This document shows, one piece after another, positions 1 to 11,947 of a stretch of DNA of 64,000 bases. Made by a program: the position numbers and the translations under genes. The notes beneath the pieces are model-generated. The model did not search any database. It was given only the letters and a program-made list of their open reading frames with translations, and was not told where the DNA came from. Positions within the stretch are counted from its first letter, which is position 1. Each line of letters starts with the position of its first letter. This DNA is from Candidatus Krumholzibacteriia bacterium (GTDB taxonomy: Bacteria > Krumholzibacteriota > Krumholzibacteriia > LZORAL124-64-63), in the NCBI GenBank assembly GCA_050174015.1, contig JBFXKG010000002.1, positions 96,001 to 160,000 of the forward strand, in the 5' to 3' direction.

Positions 1-815
1 CTCACATCGATTCGCAGCAGGAGATCATCGTCGGGGTCAACCGCTACCGGCTGGAGAAGGAGGATCCCCTGGAGATCCTCGAGGTGGACAACACCGAGGT
101 CCGCCGCCAGCAGATCGAACGCCTCGACGCGCTGCGCCGCCACCGCGACGAGACCGCCGTCCAGGCTGCGCTGGGCGCCCTGACCTCCGCGGCGGCCTCG
201 AACGAAGGCAACCTGCTGGAACTGTCGGTCACCGCCGCCCGGGCCCGGGCCTCGCTGGGCGAGATCTCGTCGGCCCTGGAGAAGGTCTGCGGCCGGCACC
301 AGGCGGAGGTCCGCACGATCAGCGGCGTCTACAAGGCCGAATTCGGAAAGGACACGGACATCGAGCGCATCAACGAGCTGATCCGGGCCTTCGAGAAGCA
401 GGAGGGCCGCCGGCCGCGCATCCTCGTGGCCAAGATGGGGCAGGACGGGCACGACCGCGGCGCCAAGGTCGTGGCCACCGCGTTCGCCGACCTGGGCTTC
501 GACGTCGACGTGGGGCCGCTGTTCCAGACCCCCGAGGAGACCGCCAAGCAGGCCGTCGAGAACGACGTGCACATCATCGGCATGTCGTCCCTGGCCGCCG
601 GCCACAAGACCCTGCTGCCCCAGCTCATGGACGAACTGAAGAAGCTGGGACGGGAGGACATCATGGTCATCTGCGGCGGCGTCATTCCGGCCCAGGATTA
701 CGAGTTTCTCTACCAGCACGGCGCGGCGGCCATCTTCGGCCCGGGCACGGTCATCCCGGTGGCGGCCCAGAAGCTGCTGGAGGAATTGATGGGGAGGCTG
801 GGATATCAGGGCTGA
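1..815 (+). CDS. scpA: Methylmalonyl-CoA mutase, 3' part with B12-binding domain (5'-truncated by the window edge)
   Basis: Frame is open from nt 3 ([15 protein letters not shown]...). Contains [21 protein letters not shown] (DxHxxG cobalamin motif), [10 protein letters not shown] and GGVIP...FGPGT. meaB lies nearby. Confidence 0.95.
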   Translation, partial: HIDSQQEIIVGVNRYRLEKEDPLEILEVDNTEVRRQQIERLDALRRHRDETAVQAALGALTSAAASNEGNLLELSVTAARARASLGEISSALEKVCGRHQAEVRTISGVYKAEFGKDTDIERINELIRAFEKQEGRRPRILVAKMGQDGHDRGAKVVATAFADLGFDVDVGPLFQTPEETAKQAVENDVHIIGMSSLAAGHKTLLPQLMDELKKLGREDIMVICGGVIPAQDYEFLYQHGAAAIFGPGTVIPVAAQKLLEELMGRLGYQG

Positions 816-2716
816 GGGACGGGGGCCTGATCCCAAAGGATCTCGTAGACAGCGGAATCCCCGCCCCGCATGACTTCGCGGAATCGCGGATCAGCGTCGA
901 TGGTATCCCGGTTGATGGGATGCCGTGAATCCGGCAGGGCCGTGTCGCTCACGAACAGGTACCGCGTTTCCAGGTCCCTGAGGGCGACCGTCTGCTCCGG
1001 CCAGGGGTCGTCCAGAAGGTGGGCGATGGGCCCCCGATGCAGGCGCCCCTCCTTCTCGCCGAGGCCCCAGGTGCAGGGATCCAGGAATCTCAACCCGCTC
1101 AGGTGCATGGCCCAGAAGCTGCCGTCGTTGTCCTGGTTGGCGACCACCGCAGACGGCGGGAACTCCTGCTTCATGCGCTCGGCCAGGCGGGCATCCTCCA
1201 CGCTGAACGGAACCACCATCGTGAAATTCAGCATGTTCCGGTAGCTCCAGTAGCATCCCGGATACAGCCAGCGTGCGGCGATGATCAGCACCAGCCCGAC
1301 CTGGACCGCCGTCCGTCCCGGCCAGCGCAACCGCGACCACAGCGTCCCCATCCCGTCGACGACCAGGAAGAACGCCCCCGAGACCAGCAAGGGCATCAGG
1401 AAGATCTGGGGATAGAGGAGACGTCCCGCCTGGTGATAGAAGGGTCGGGTCAGCAGGAGGCTGACCGGATCCTGCACCTGCCTCAGCCCGAGGAACAGCA
1501 GGGTCATCACCAGCGAGGTCATCCAGACCCGCCTCATCCCCCGGCGGAACACCCCGGCCAGCAGGGCGGGTCCGATCATCAGCTGCAGGATGGGCACGTT
1601 CCCGCCGGCGAAGGTGGTGAACTGCTGCCAGGCGGCCTTCCAGCCCGGCGGGGGCGGGACCTGGTGGCCGGCCGTGAACGCGTTGTAGGACGTGAACGTG
1701 GGCAGCAGGGGCACCAGGCCGCCCACCACGAGGATCCCGGCGGCGAGGGCGAGTCTGGGGGCCGCACTGCGCCAGCGGGCCCGGTCGGTCCCCCGGGGCC
1801 AGGCCGCCGGAGCCAGGATCAGGACGGCGAAGACCTCGGCGGTGTGGACGTGCAGCAGCCCCAGCAAGGCCAGGCCCGCGGCCAGGCCTGCGGGCCAGCC
1901 GGCCGGTCCGGCGGCGTTCCGCAGGAGGACCACGGCCCAGGGCAGCGCGAAGAGGCCGATGATCTGCCCGTATCCTCCCCAGGAGAAGATGCCCGTGGGC
2001 ATGAAGTAGTTGGCGGTCAGGAACCCGGCGCCCAGGCCCATGATCCGGCCGGGGATTCCGAAGGCCCGCCACGCCAGGGTTCCCATGGCCGGCAGCAGGC
2101 AGGCGCAGGCGGCGGCGAGGTACCAGGCGCTGACGTGGGGCAGGGTGCCGGTCAGGCGGGAGATGAGAGCCGCCCCGGCATGCCAGCCGAGCAGGTAGTC
2201 CTGCGGAGGGGAACCGTAGGGCGGGCCGAAGACCAGCCTCCGGTCCAGGCTGGCGTGCTCGACGATCTGCCGGACCATGAAGGAATGGTTGCTGGCGTCG
2301 TGGAGGTGCGGCGAGGCGGCGAACCCAGCGAAGGCCTGCTGGATGACCAACGCCAGGGCGGCGCCTCCGGCCAGGGCGCCCAGCAGGGCGGGCCCACGGA
2401 GGGTGGGGATGCCGGCGCCGACCTCCTGCCAGAGCACCCGGTAGCGGCGGCTCCGGTCGAGGACCACGGCCAGTCCCATGACGACCAGGGCGTAGTAGGC
2501 CGGGGTCAAGGGGATCTGTAAAAAGGACATGGCGTGGCCGAGGAGGGGAAAGGCCAGCATGCCCGTGGCCAGGCTCGCAAGGAACCGCGTGAACCGGTCC
2601 TGCCCTGCGAGGCGAGGGCCTGCCAGGGCAAAACCAGGGCCCGCGGTCAGCAGCAGGAAGCCGGCCAGCCAGGCCAGGAATCCGGGCAGATCCGAAAATG
2701 GCGTGAGATGGTCCAT
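806..2716 (-). CDS. Polytopic membrane protein, DUF6541/GT-C-like
   Basis: 636 aa with many hydrophobic helices, a loop motif 'HLHDASNH' and a soluble C-terminal domain. Family assigned by resemblance only. Overlaps the mutase 3' end by 10 nt. Confidence 0.6.
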   Translation of the reverse strand: MDHLTPFSDLPGFLAWLAGFLLLTAGPGFALAGPRLAGQDRFTRFLASLATGMLAFPLLGHAMSFLQIPLTPAYYALVVMGLAVVLDRSRRYRVLWQEVGAGIPTLRGPALLGALAGGAALALVIQQAFAGFAASPHLHDASNHSFMVRQIVEHASLDRRLVFGPPYGSPPQDYLLGWHAGAALISRLTGTLPHVSAWYLAAACACLLPAMGTLAWRAFGIPGRIMGLGAGFLTANYFMPTGIFSWGGYGQIIGLFALPWAVVLLRNAAGPAGWPAGLAAGLALLGLLHVHTAEVFAVLILAPAAWPRGTDRARWRSAAPRLALAAGILVVGGLVPLLPTFTSYNAFTAGHQVPPPPGWKAAWQQFTTFAGGNVPILQLMIGPALLAGVFRRGMRRVWMTSLVMTLLFLGLRQVQDPVSLLLTRPFYHQAGRLLYPQIFLMPLLVSGAFFLVVDGMGTLWSRLRWPGRTAVQVGLVLIIAARWLYPGCYWSYRNMLNFTMVVPFSVEDARLAERMKQEFPPSAVVANQDNDGSFWAMHLSGLRFLDPCTWGLGEKEGRLHRGPIAHLLDDPWPEQTVALRDLETRYLFVSDTALPDSRHPINRDTIDADPRFREVMRGGDSAVYEILWDQAPVPQP

Positions 2717-2724
2717 GGCGGCGA

Positions 2725-2753
2725 AGGCTAGGCCAACCCCGTGGTTCCGTCAA
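2725..2753 (-). promoter_or_regulatory. sigma70-type promoter, probably giving a leaderless mRNA for 806..2716
   Basis: Minus strand TTGACG-N17-TAGCCT. The -10 ends 8 nt before the ATG at 2716 and no RBS is visible. Confidence 0.5.
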
Positions 2754-2774
2754 GGCGCGGACTCGCCGGTCGGA

Positions 2775-4211
2775 TCAGCTTTGACCCCGCTGGTGGCGGG
2801 CGGCCTGCAGGTGGGTCATCGCCGTCTCCAGGAACAGGGCGCGCGCCTGGGCGTGGTCGACCACCGGCCGGGGATATTCCACGCCCAGGGTGAGCCCCGC
2901 GGCAGCGAGGACGGCGGCGGGCGCCTCCCAGGGCGCGTGGATGTGCTTGGCGGGCAGACCGGCAAGTACGGGCACCCAACGCCGCACGTAATCCCCCTGG
3001 GGATCGTACCGGCGTCCCTGGCTGACGGGGTTGAAGACCCGGAAGTAGGGCTGGGCGTCGCAGCCGCAGCCGGCCGACCACTGCCAGCCGGCATTGTTCT
3101 GGGCCCAGTCTCCGTCCACCAGGTACTTCAGGTAGTGGGCCTCGCCCTGCGCGTAGGGGATGAGCAGGTGCTTGGTCAGGAAGCTGGCGCTGATCATGCG
3201 GGCGCGGTTGTGCACGAAACCCTCGGCCAGCAGCTGCCGGGCCGCCGCATCGACCACGGGGTAGCCCGTCAGGCCGGCGGTCCAGGCGTCCCAGAGGCGG
3301 GCATCCTCGCTCCAGGGAAAGTCCCGCCACTCCGACCGGAACGGTTCGCCGAGCAGCTCGGGCCGATCCCACAGGGTGGAATGGGCGAACTCCCGCCAGA
3401 TCAGCTCGACGGGGAAACGGTTGCCCGCCGGGGCCCGTCCCAGGGCTGACTGCACCGCGTTCCACACGCTGCGGACCGACAGCACGCCGAACTTGAGATC
3501 GGCCGAGAGGCGGCTTGTGCCGTCGTGGTCCATGCGGTCGCGTTCGGTGTCGTAGGAGAAAAGCGGACCGGCGCAGAAGGCGCGCAACCGCTCGCGGGCC
3601 GCCTTCTCGCCGCCGGGGATGAGGCGGGGATTGCGGACGAGACCCATGGTCTCCAGGTCGGTTACGGCGACGAATTCGCCCCGGATGTCCGGAGGAACGG
3701 GCGGCAAGGACCCGGGGGCGGGCAGGGCGGGACCGATGCGGGCCGCCTTCATGAAAGCCTTGCTGAAGGGCGTGAACACGGCGTAGGGGCCGCCGCTTCC
3801 GGTGCGCAGCGTTCCGGGGGGATGCAGGGTCTCGCCCTCGTAGAGAGCGAAGGGGACGTCCAGGGCCTCGGCGATGCGGCGGTCCCGCTCGCGGCCGAAG
3901 GGCTCGGTCCAGCGGTGGGCCACGAGGCGGTCGATCCTCCAGCGGCGCACGAGTTCGGGAACGACCTCGACGCTGCGTCCCCGGACCAGCAGCAACCGGC
4001 CTCCGAGGTGGGCGACGTTCCGTTCCAGGGCGGCCAGGGAATCCAGCAGGAACTGCATGCGGTGGGGGAGTTCCCGGGCCTTCTCCGGGGCGAAGAAGTA
4101 CGGGTCGATCACGAACAGGAGGATCGCCTCGCCGCCGGCGAGGGCGTCGCGCAGGGGCTCGTGGTCGGCCAGCCGAAGGTCCTTGCCGCGGAACCAGACC
4201 AGGGTGCGCAT
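2775..4211 (-). CDS. phrB: Deoxyribodipyrimidine photolyase
   Basis: N-terminal [14 protein letters not shown], then [49 protein letters not shown] and PYFRVFNP. Confidence 0.92.
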   Translation of the reverse strand: MRTLVWFRGKDLRLADHEPLRDALAGGEAILLFVIDPYFFAPEKARELPHRMQFLLDSLAALERNVAHLGGRLLLVRGRSVEVVPELVRRWRIDRLVAHRWTEPFGRERDRRIAEALDVPFALYEGETLHPPGTLRTGSGGPYAVFTPFSKAFMKAARIGPALPAPGSLPPVPPDIRGEFVAVTDLETMGLVRNPRLIPGGEKAARERLRAFCAGPLFSYDTERDRMDHDGTSRLSADLKFGVLSVRSVWNAVQSALGRAPAGNRFPVELIWREFAHSTLWDRPELLGEPFRSEWRDFPWSEDARLWDAWTAGLTGYPVVDAAARQLLAEGFVHNRARMISASFLTKHLLIPYAQGEAHYLKYLVDGDWAQNNAGWQWSAGCGCDAQPYFRVFNPVSQGRRYDPQGDYVRRWVPVLAGLPAKHIHAPWEAPAAVLAAAGLTLGVEYPRPVVDHAQARALFLETAMTHLQAARHQRGQS

Positions 4212-4290
4212 GGAACTCCTCGCAACGGGGAGGACCCGGTCACGGCGACGGGATCCCGGGAAATCTACACCAGGGCGTACCGGGTCGCGA

Positions 4291-6636
4291 CTAGCGAATG
4301 TACCCGGCCATATCGGTGCTCTGAGGCAGATTGATGATGGTGCGCACCAGCGCCTGTTCGTCCTGGTGGATCGCGTTCTCCATGCCTTCGTCCAGGGCTC
4401 CGGCCGAGGTGATGTACATCAGATACCCGACCTCGCTGCAGAGGGAGTGGTCGTAGACCCCGAGGACGTGGCCCATCTCGTGCATGGCGACCTCGATGAT
4501 CCGTTGCTCCGGGAATAGGCCGATGTTGATGTAGAGCCCCATCTGTTCCGGGACGGCGTCCCCGAGGTACCGGACCCCCGGCGGCGACAGCATGACCACC
4601 TGCCCGTTGACCTGGGGGACGGCGTCCGAGAACGACGCAACCACCTCGGCGTTCAGGGAGTCGGCGGTCTCGGTGAACAGGTCCATTCCCATGGTGGCGT
4701 TCCACTGGTTCATGGCCAGCCGGGTCAGGGCGGGGAAGTCGTCGTCCACGGTGGGGGGAGCGTCCGGAAGGTAGACCCTCAGCGGGAAATGGCCCCACTT
4801 GTGGAGGCGCTGGTCGGGGCGGTTGTTGGTCGGCCCGTCGGTCTTGGTCATCTGCATCAGGTAGTCCAGGAAGTCCACGTAGCGCTCGCCGCAGGCCGCG
4901 TCGGTTTCGTGCCGGGGAATCAGTCCGATGGCGATCTCGCCCGGATCCTCGTCCTCCGGGCCGGTGAACCGGTAGTCGAACCAGGCGCCGGGTTGCCACT
5001 CCGCGGTGCGGGTCTCCAGGATGAAGGCGTGGTTGCTGGCGATTCCCGGGAAGGCGAATGCCCCGGACCCGTCGGTGAGGGTTTCGAGAGCCGGGTCCGA
5101 GCCAGCCAGGAGGACCACCGGGGCTCCGGCGACCGCCAGACCGAGGCCGTCGGTCAGACGTCCGGCGATCGTGCGGTCGAAGGTGGGGGTTTCCACGGTC
5201 TCAGGGGTCACGGGGGACAGGACGTCCTGCTCGTTGCGGGCCCGCACGGCGAGCCAGATCGTTTGGCCGGGCACCAGGCCGTGAGTCTCGGGCTCCAGCG
5301 TCAGCTGGTAGGCCTCCCGGCCGTCCTGAGCAGGAATCGTGGCCAGCAGGTCGGCGCCGCTCCAGTTGTCCACGGTGATGGCTTCAGCCGTACTTCCGGC
5401 GACCAGATAGTCGGCGATGGGGACCTGCACGTTCTCGACGGCGGTCCAGGCGAGATCGATTTCTCCGGTCCGTTCACCGGCCCGGGTGGTGAAATCCTCG
5501 ACCTGGAGTGGGGCGAGGGCCAGGTACCGTCCAGTGAATTCGATGGATCCGGCCATGGGCAAGGTCAAGGTCTGGGTGGGGGGAATGGGGGACGCCCAAC
5601 CCGGGACTTCCCCCCAGGTCAAGGTGTAGGTGTTCGGGGCCACCAGGATCGAGCCCCCACCGGTCCCGTGAAGGTCGAGGCCGTTGGCGGTTTTCAGGGT
5701 CCAGGATGGCTCCAGATCATCCGGGACCGGTGTCACCGTCAGCAGGCCCATGTTGTCCTCGTCGGGAACGTAGACCCCGTAGACCACGTTGTCCACGCCC
5801 TCGCGGACTCTGACGACGGCGACGTCGCCCTCGTGCTCCTGGTAGGGGCCGAAGTCCACCACGAATCCCAGGATTGGCCAGTACAGGACGCGGTAGTAGT
5901 CCAGGGGCAAACCGATCAGGGTCGTGTCTCCTTCCCCCTCGATGAAGAAGTCCTCGTCCATCAGGCGGGTCACTTCCCAGAAGAACGCGTATTCCTCGCC
6001 TGGGCTGAAGTGGGCGATGGTCAGGTCGCCGCAGTTGCAGGGGCCCGGCGAGTAGGTGTGGGAGAAGACGGTCGTGTCGTCCTCGACGACCGCCGCGGTG
6101 ACGGTGAAGGGTCCCGGGTTGACCCAGCCATCGAGGCCCTGCCAGGTGATCGTGTAGTCTCCCACGGGGAGATCGCCCAGGACCGCTGAGCCGACGCCGG
6201 GATAGGAGAAGAAGTCCGGCCCATCGAGCAACCAGGGGGCGGCCAGGGTGTCGGGGGTGATCGCGACGGAAACGGAACCGGTCTCAGGCAGGGGAAAATA
6301 GGTTCCGGTGAAGACGAGGCTGTCCCCGGAGGCGAGGGAATCGGTCCGCACCGCGGGGACCGGCAGCGCCCATCCGGGGACCGACTCCCAGGTCATCCGG
6401 TACGGCCCGACGGCCAGGTCCGAAAGGATGCTGTCGCCTGCGCCTGTGACCAGGTTCCCGCCCGGCCCTTCCAGCCGCCAGGGGGACGCCAGGGTGTCGG
6501 GGGAGGCGCCGATCACCACGGTGCCGGACTTCACGGGCGGGTGGAGCGGGTCGTCGTCGCTGCAGGCGACCAGGACGGCGGACAGGGCGAGCAGGACGAG
6601 TGAAACGGACGCGACAGGAACATGGAGCCTGGCCAT
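4291..6636 (-). CDS. Lipoprotein with Ig/PEGA-like repeats and a C-terminal metzincin (matrixin-like) domain
   Basis: Start MARLHVP at 6636 after AAGGGGG. Lipobox LVAC. About four ~75-aa repeats. [12 protein letters not shown] zinc motif plus Met-turn YLMY. Confidence 0.75.
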   Translation of the reverse strand: MARLHVPVASVSLVLLALSAVLVACSDDDPLHPPVKSGTVVIGASPDTLASPWRLEGPGGNLVTGAGDSILSDLAVGPYRMTWESVPGWALPVPAVRTDSLASGDSLVFTGTYFPLPETGSVSVAITPDTLAAPWLLDGPDFFSYPGVGSAVLGDLPVGDYTITWQGLDGWVNPGPFTVTAAVVEDDTTVFSHTYSPGPCNCGDLTIAHFSPGEEYAFFWEVTRLMDEDFFIEGEGDTTLIGLPLDYYRVLYWPILGFVVDFGPYQEHEGDVAVVRVREGVDNVVYGVYVPDEDNMGLLTVTPVPDDLEPSWTLKTANGLDLHGTGGGSILVAPNTYTLTWGEVPGWASPIPPTQTLTLPMAGSIEFTGRYLALAPLQVEDFTTRAGERTGEIDLAWTAVENVQVPIADYLVAGSTAEAITVDNWSGADLLATIPAQDGREAYQLTLEPETHGLVPGQTIWLAVRARNEQDVLSPVTPETVETPTFDRTIAGRLTDGLGLAVAGAPVVLLAGSDPALETLTDGSGAFAFPGIASNHAFILETRTAEWQPGAWFDYRFTGPEDEDPGEIAIGLIPRHETDAACGERYVDFLDYLMQMTKTDGPTNNRPDQRLHKWGHFPLRVYLPDAPPTVDDDFPALTRLAMNQWNATMGMDLFTETADSLNAEVVASFSDAVPQVNGQVVMLSPPGVRYLGDAVPEQMGLYINIGLFPEQRIIEVAMHEMGHVLGVYDHSLCSEVGYLMYITSAGALDEGMENAIHQDEQALVRTIINLPQSTDMAGYIR

Positions 6637-6876
6637 GAAGAGTCCCCCTTCGGCCACCGCAGGGTGGATGTTCATGCCCCATGTTGCGGGGAACCGGATT
6701 CGCCCGCATCCTGAGTCTAAGGAAACCGGGGGGAAGGATCAACCCCGGAATTGCCGGGAGGGAACACCCGCTGCCGACAACCTTTCCGTCCGGGCTGCGT
6801 ATCAGAAAGTCGGCCCGTTCTTCCGACCACCCAGCGGGGCCATCACCCGATGGCCCGGACCGAAGGAGTTGCGACC

Positions 6877-8937
6877 ATGACGAGATCCCACCGGCTCATT
6901 CCCCTTCTGGTCGTTCTCGCCACCCTGGCCGGGTGCGGCGGCGGGGACGAGGCCACCAACACCGACGAGGTTGCGATGACCCTGCCACCCCTTCTCGACC
7001 GGGAGCTGTTCTTCGGCGATCCGAAGATCAGCGGCGCCCAGCTGTCCCCGGACGGGACCTTGATGAGCTTCATGAAACCCTACAACGGCGCCCGGAACAT
7101 CTGGGTCAAGGCGGCGGACGAACCCTTCGCCGCGGCCCGGCCGGTCACCGCCGACGAGCGGCCCGTGCCCGGCTACTTCTGGAGCCGGGACAGCAAGTAC
7201 CTGCTCTACGTGCAGGACAAGGGCGGGGACGAGAACTTCCACGTCTGGGCCGTCGACCCCGCCGCCGCGCCCGAGCCGGACAAGGGCGTCCCCCCCTGCC
7301 GGGACCTGACGCCGGTGGACGGGGTCCGCGCCCAGATCTACTCGGTCCCCAAGGCCAATCCGGACCTGATCATCGTTGGCCTGAACGACCGGGATCCGAG
7401 CTTCCACGACATCTACCGGGTCGACATCCGGACGGGCGACCGGGTCCTGCTGCGTGAAAACACCGAGGGCGTCGGCGCCTGGGTCTTCGACAACGAAGGC
7501 GAACTGCGGCTGGCCTACCGCCAGATGCCGGGGGGAGGGGGAGAGATCCTGCGGGTCGACCTGCAGGGGCTCGTCCAGATCGCCTCCTGGACCTACGAGG
7601 AGGAATTCAACCCCGTGGGCTTCCACCCCGACCGCACCCGTTGCTACGTCTCGACCAACCGCGGCGACGCCGACCTCGAGCAGCTCATGCTGATGGAGGT
7701 CGAGACCGGCGCCTGTGAGCTGGTGGAGAAGGATCCGCTGGACGAGGTGGACTTCGGCGGCGCGGTGTTCCATCCCGAGACCGACGCCCTGCTGGCCACC
7801 TTCTACGTGGGGGACCGGGCCCGGGTGTACCCGCAGACCGAGGAGGCCGCGAAGTTCTGGTCGGACCTGAAGCAAGCCCTCCCGGAGGGCGAAATCGGCA
7901 TCAGCACCATCAGCGACGACATGACCAAGGTGCTCTGCTCGGTGTCCAGCGACGTGGACCCGGGATCGGTCTATCTCTTCGATGCGGCCACGGGCAAGGC
8001 GACCCTGCAGTACCGTTCCCGCCCCGAGCTGCCGAGCGAGCACCTGGCCCCGATGAAGCCGGTCAGCTTCACCGCCCGCGACGGCATGACCATCCACGGC
8101 TACCTCACCCTGCCCCGGGGCCTGGAGGCCAAGAACCTGCCGGTGGTCATGTACATCCACGGCGGCCCCTGGGCCCGCGACTACTGGGGCTACGAACCCT
8201 ATTGCCAGTTCCTGGCCAACCGCGGCTACGCCGTGATGCAGGTCAACTACCGCAGCTCCTCGGGGTACGGGAAGACCTACTCCAACGCGGGCAACCGCGA
8301 GTGGGGCATCGGGGCCATGCAGCACGACGTGACCGACGCGGTGCAATACCTCATCGCCGAAGGGATCGCCGACCCGGCGAAAGTCGCCATATTCGGGGGC
8401 AGTTACGGCGGATATGCCACCCTGGCGGGCGTGACCTTCACCCCCGACCTCTACGCCTGCGGCATCCCCTACGTGGGACCGTCGAACCTGATCACCCTCA
8501 TCGAGAGCTTCCCCGAATACTGGAAGCCCTTCCTCGAGGGATCCTGGTACAAGAAGGTGGGCAACCCCGACGTCGAGTCCGACCGGCAGGACCTGATCGC
8601 CCGCTCTCCCCTGTTCCATTGCGATCAGATCAAGGTCCCCCTGCTGGTCGTGCACGGTGCGAACGACCCGCGCGTCAAGCAGCACGAGTCCGACCAGATC
8701 GTGGTCGCCCTGCGCCAGAAGGGCAAGGCGGTGGAGTACATCGTCGCGCCCGACGAGGGGCACGGTTTCCGCGCGCCGGGCAACCGCAAGGCCCTGGCGG
8801 TGGCCATGGAGAAGTTCCTGGCCAGGCAGCTGGGCGGGCGGTTCCAGGAGGACGTGCGCCCGGATACGCAAAAAAGGCTTGACGAGATCACGGTGGATGT
8901 CGGTACGGTTGTCGTCAGTGAACCCGGAGAGGGTTGA
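6877..8937 (+). CDS. S9 family prolyl oligopeptidase/acylaminoacyl peptidase, lipoprotein
   Basis: AAGGAG RBS at 6863 and lipobox LAGC. IHGGPW, GGSYGGY (Ser), GANDPRV (Asp) and DEGHGF (His). Confidence 0.92.
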   Translation: MTRSHRLIPLLVVLATLAGCGGGDEATNTDEVAMTLPPLLDRELFFGDPKISGAQLSPDGTLMSFMKPYNGARNIWVKAADEPFAAARPVTADERPVPGYFWSRDSKYLLYVQDKGGDENFHVWAVDPAAAPEPDKGVPPCRDLTPVDGVRAQIYSVPKANPDLIIVGLNDRDPSFHDIYRVDIRTGDRVLLRENTEGVGAWVFDNEGELRLAYRQMPGGGGEILRVDLQGLVQIASWTYEEEFNPVGFHPDRTRCYVSTNRGDADLEQLMLMEVETGACELVEKDPLDEVDFGGAVFHPETDALLATFYVGDRARVYPQTEEAAKFWSDLKQALPEGEIGISTISDDMTKVLCSVSSDVDPGSVYLFDAATGKATLQYRSRPELPSEHLAPMKPVSFTARDGMTIHGYLTLPRGLEAKNLPVVMYIHGGPWARDYWGYEPYCQFLANRGYAVMQVNYRSSSGYGKTYSNAGNREWGIGAMQHDVTDAVQYLIAEGIADPAKVAIFGGSYGGYATLAGVTFTPDLYACGIPYVGPSNLITLIESFPEYWKPFLEGSWYKKVGNPDVESDRQDLIARSPLFHCDQIKVPLLVVHGANDPRVKQHESDQIVVALRQKGKAVEYIVAPDEGHGFRAPGNRKALAVAMEKFLARQLGGRFQEDVRPDTQKRLDEITVDVGTVVVSEPGEG

Positions 8938-8962
8938 TACCTGCTTCGCGGTTCTTCAGCAG

Positions 8963-8994
8963 ACCGGCGGTCCTCCCGGGGGCCGCCGGTTTTT
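8963..8994 (+). terminator. Intrinsic terminator after the S9 peptidase
   Basis: ACCGGCGGTCC...GGGCCGCCGGT stem followed by TTTT. Confidence 0.75.
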
Positions 8995-9072
8995 CCATGG
9001 CGCCCGGCAGGTCTGGACCCGGGTTCCCTCGCGGGTTAGAATCAAGGCTGACACCCGGGGAAAGGCCCTCAC

Positions 9073-10203
9073 TTGAGCGACAGGAAACGCAAATCCGAGA
9101 AACCCCGGCCTTCCGCCCTGCACGTGCGCGAGGGCGTGACCGGAGGCCACGACGGCCTGGCGACAGGTCGAGGCGCCGCCCCGCGAGGGGGCAACGGCGC
9201 ATCCCGGCGCCTGCTGGGCGCCGGCGAATACGTCGACGGGGTGCGGGCGGGCGACCGGATGGTCCTGGCCCGGGCGATCACGCTCGTGGAATCCAACGCT
9301 CCGGCCCACCAGGAACTGGCCCAGGAGGTCCTGACCGCCCTGCTGCCCCACCGGGTCGAGGCGGTCCGGCTGGGGATCACAGGCGTGCCCGGAGCGGGCA
9401 AGAGCACGCTCATCGAAATCCTCGGGACGAGCCTGACCGCTGCCGGCCACAAGGTCGCCGTGACGGCCGTCGATCCCAGCAGCAGCCTCAGCGGCGGCAG
9501 CATCCTGGGGGACAAGACCCGCATGGAGAAGCTGGCCGCCGATCCCCGAGCCTTCATCCGGCCCTCGCCCTCGGGCGGCACCCTGGGCGGGGTGGCCCGC
9601 AAGACCCGCGAGACCGTCATCCTGTTCGAGGCCGCCGGCTACGACGTGATCCTGGTGGAGACCGTGGGGGTGGGCCAGAGCGAGATCATGGTCCGGTCCA
9701 TGGTGGACTTCTTCCTGCTGGTGTTGATCTCCGGGGCCGGAGACGAACTCCAGGGCATCAAGAAGGGCGTGGTCGAGATCGCCGACGCCATCCTGATCAA
9801 CAAGGCCGACGGGTCCGACCTGCAGGCCGCCCGCGCCGCCCAGGCCGAATTCGAACGCATTCTCAACTACCTGCGCCCCGCCACCGAGGGCTGGCGGACC
9901 CGCTCGCTCCTCAGCTCGGCCCGGACCGGGGCGGGCATCGCCGAACTCTGGCAGGTCATCGGCGAGTTCATGACCATCACCCGCCGCAGCGGGGTGCACG
10001 CCGAGCGCCGGGCCCAGCAGGAAAGGCAGTGGGTGCGGGATCTGGTCCGCGAGGGACTCCAGGCGATGTTCCGGGACCGGCCGGGCCTGGCCGAGACCAT
10101 GGACGGGCTGGAGGAGGAGGTGGCCATGGGCCGTCTGCCGGCGACCGTCGCGGCCCGCCGTCTCCTGGATGCGTTCGCGGGCGGGTGGTCCGGAAAGTCG
10201 TGA
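9073..10203 (+). CDS. meaB: Methylmalonyl-CoA mutase-associated GTPase MeaB
   Basis: LARAITLVES, GVPGAGKST, DPSS..SGGSILGDKTRM, ETVGVGQSE, GDELQGIKKG and NKAD. Confidence 0.95.
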   Translation: MSDRKRKSEKPRPSALHVREGVTGGHDGLATGRGAAPRGGNGASRRLLGAGEYVDGVRAGDRMVLARAITLVESNAPAHQELAQEVLTALLPHRVEAVRLGITGVPGAGKSTLIEILGTSLTAAGHKVAVTAVDPSSSLSGGSILGDKTRMEKLAADPRAFIRPSPSGGTLGGVARKTRETVILFEAAGYDVILVETVGVGQSEIMVRSMVDFFLLVLISGAGDELQGIKKGVVEIADAILINKADGSDLQAARAAQAEFERILNYLRPATEGWRTRSLLSSARTGAGIAELWQVIGEFMTITRRSGVHAERRAQQERQWVRDLVREGLQAMFRDRPGLAETMDGLEEEVAMGRLPATVAARRLLDAFAGGWSGKS

Positions 10204-10250
10204 CCCCCGGACCCCGGAACCGCCGCGGCGGTCCGGGACCCGGGGGTTCA
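10201..10250. terminator. GC-rich hairpin between convergent genes
   Basis: Imperfect inverted repeat TGACCCCCGG..CCGG.ACCGCCGCGGCGGT.CCGG..CCCGGGGGTTCA between meaB and 10270..10980. Confidence 0.5.
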
Positions 10251-10269
10251 GGGGTTCATTGCCTTCGCT

Positions 10270-10980
10270 CTACCGGTAGAGGCTCTTGATCGATCCCCAG
10301 GATCCGGTCTCGTTGTCGACGCTCAGCGCTCCGCAGACCACGTCCCCGAACAGGATGTGCTTGCCGCCTCCGGTCTTGTCGGGGATCAGGAACATGTCCT
10401 CCCAGCCGAATCCGCGATCGACGTATTCCACGCAGGGGGCGGGCTGGTCGTCGATGGCCAGGAAGGCCGGCGAGCCGCCCTCATACCCCAGGGACAGGAA
10501 GTAGGGCTGGTCGAACCACTGCAGCGGGCACTGGGCCATGGGGACGGTCACCAGCTGGTAGCCCGGTTCCTCGACGAGGATGGTCACGGGCTGGCCGAGG
10601 CAGACCTCCGGGCCGGGAAACATGCACTCGGTGGTGGGGTCGAGGTTCACGGCCAGCAGGCGGGGGACGACCTGGAGGAGCGCCGGGACCTGCTGGGGCT
10701 CGAAATAGAGCAGCTGGTAGATGGTCTCGACCGTGAATCCCCCTTCGGTGCAACCGCACTGGTCCTGGGGATTGACGAGGTAGGCGAAGGTTTCATTGCC
10801 CGTGAAGAGTTCGGGGCCGGAAATCCCCACCGCATCGTTGAGATTGCCGATCTGGCAATCGGCAGTCGCCTCGGCCGGATGGTCCCAGCGCTCGGCGGGG
10901 AGGTCGGCGGCCAGGGCGCCGGCGGCCGCTCCCAGGATCAACAGGCAGATGACGGCGAGGATGCGGGCTTGGGAATTCAT
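10270..10980 (-). CDS. Secreted Cys-rich hypothetical protein with C-terminal SWGSIKSLYR tail
   Basis: Signal peptide (…AAAGALA|AD), acidic and Cys-rich mature region, ends VDNETGSWGSIKSLYR. Confidence 0.8.
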   Translation of the reverse strand: MNSQARILAVICLLILGAAAGALAADLPAERWDHPAEATADCQIGNLNDAVGISGPELFTGNETFAYLVNPQDQCGCTEGGFTVETIYQLLYFEPQQVPALLQVVPRLLAVNLDPTTECMFPGPEVCLGQPVTILVEEPGYQLVTVPMAQCPLQWFDQPYFLSLGYEGGSPAFLAIDDQPAPCVEYVDRGFGWEDMFLIPDKTGGGKHILFGDVVCGALSVDNETGSWGSIKSLYR

Positions 10981-11040
10981 GGCTGAACCTTTCCCCGATG
11001 GGACCCCCGGTGAGGGATAATCACGATGCCGATCACGGAG

Positions 11041-11069
11041 ATCATAGCCGATCCCGGGGAGAAATGCAA
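11041..11069 (-). promoter_or_regulatory. sigma70-type promoter for 10270..10980
   Basis: Minus strand TTGCAT-N17-TATGAT. Confidence 0.55.
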
Positions 11070-11140
11070 TGGGCAGCCTGGAGGGCCGGGATTCAGGTAA
11101 TTTGTTTCATGAGAGATTTAATCTATTGTTGATGAAAGAA

Positions 11141-11947
11141 TTAGCTCCCCATTGCATCCAGAAGCGTTTGAGCCCGGGCTCCGAAGACGGGGCTGGTGAC
11201 CAGGGGGACCAGCGCCTCCCTGGCGGCTTCGACGCGGTCGGTCAACAGGCAGGCCTGCGCCAGGTACCAGCGGGCCCGTTCGGCCAGGGGGGGCAGGGGA
11301 GAGTCCGAGGCCCGGGTCAAGGGGTCCAGGGCGGATCCCGCCCGGCCGTCCAGCAGCAGGCTGACGCCCAGGTAGATGCGGGTCTGGTCCAGCAGGCCGG
11401 CGGGCAGGGGACCGGCCTCGGCAGGCCACGCTTCCTGGACCTGCGCGGCGTGGGACAAGCGGTCGGCGGCCAGGCCATAGGCGCCGCCGATGTAGGAATC
11501 CATGCCCTCGTGGAACAGACGGACCGGCTCCTCGGCGCCCGCCCGCATCTCGATCCGGGCGTAGGGCAGGGGGTCGACCACCGCCAGATCGGCCAGGTCC
11601 GAACCTTGGCGCACGGCCGGGAGAACCACGACCAGGGCCGCGACGGCGACCAGGGCGGCTGGGACGAGGATCCTGGGCCATCGGCCGGTCAGCCAGCCGG
11701 AGAGACGCTCGCGCAGCCCGTCCCGGGTGGCGGCCATGGCCGGCTGCGCAGCGCGGGCGAAGCGGCCGGGATCCTCCTGCAGGGCCAGGGCGGCCGGGGC
11801 GTGGGCGTAGATCTCCTCCTGGCAATCGGGGCATCCGGCCAGGTGGTTCTCGAAGTCCCGGCGCTCGTCGGGATCCAGCAGGCCCAGTTCGTAGGCCGCC
11901 AGCAGGTCGCACGCGCATCCATCGCGTTCGGTCGTCCGGTCACTCAT
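11141..11947 (-). CDS. Zn-binding (ZAS/zf-HC2) transmembrane anti-sigma factor with C-terminal TPR-like domain
   Basis: LLAAYELGLL...FENHLAGCPDC (HxxxCxxC), TM segment ILVPAALVAVAALVVVLP, TPR-like helices (RIYLGVSLL, ARWYLAQACL). Overlaps the sigma gene stop by 8 nt. Confidence 0.85.
   Translation of the reverse strand: MSDRTTERDGCACDLLAAYELGLLDPDERRDFENHLAGCPDCQEEIYAHAPAALALQEDPGRFARAAQPAMAATRDGLRERLSGWLTGRWPRILVPAALVAVAALVVVLPAVRQGSDLADLAVVDPLPYARIEMRAGAEEPVRLFHEGMDSYIGGAYGLAADRLSHAAQVQEAWPAEAGPLPAGLLDQTRIYLGVSLLLDGRAGSALDPLTRASDSPLPPLAERARWYLAQACLLTDRVEAAREALVPLVTSPVFGARAQTLLDAMGS

Noticed and set aside
10270..10980. Downstream secreted gene as the direct ECF target or part of the sigma operon
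   Set aside because: It has its own sigma70-like promoter (11041-11069) and a 160-nt gap. The link is unsupported, though not excluded.
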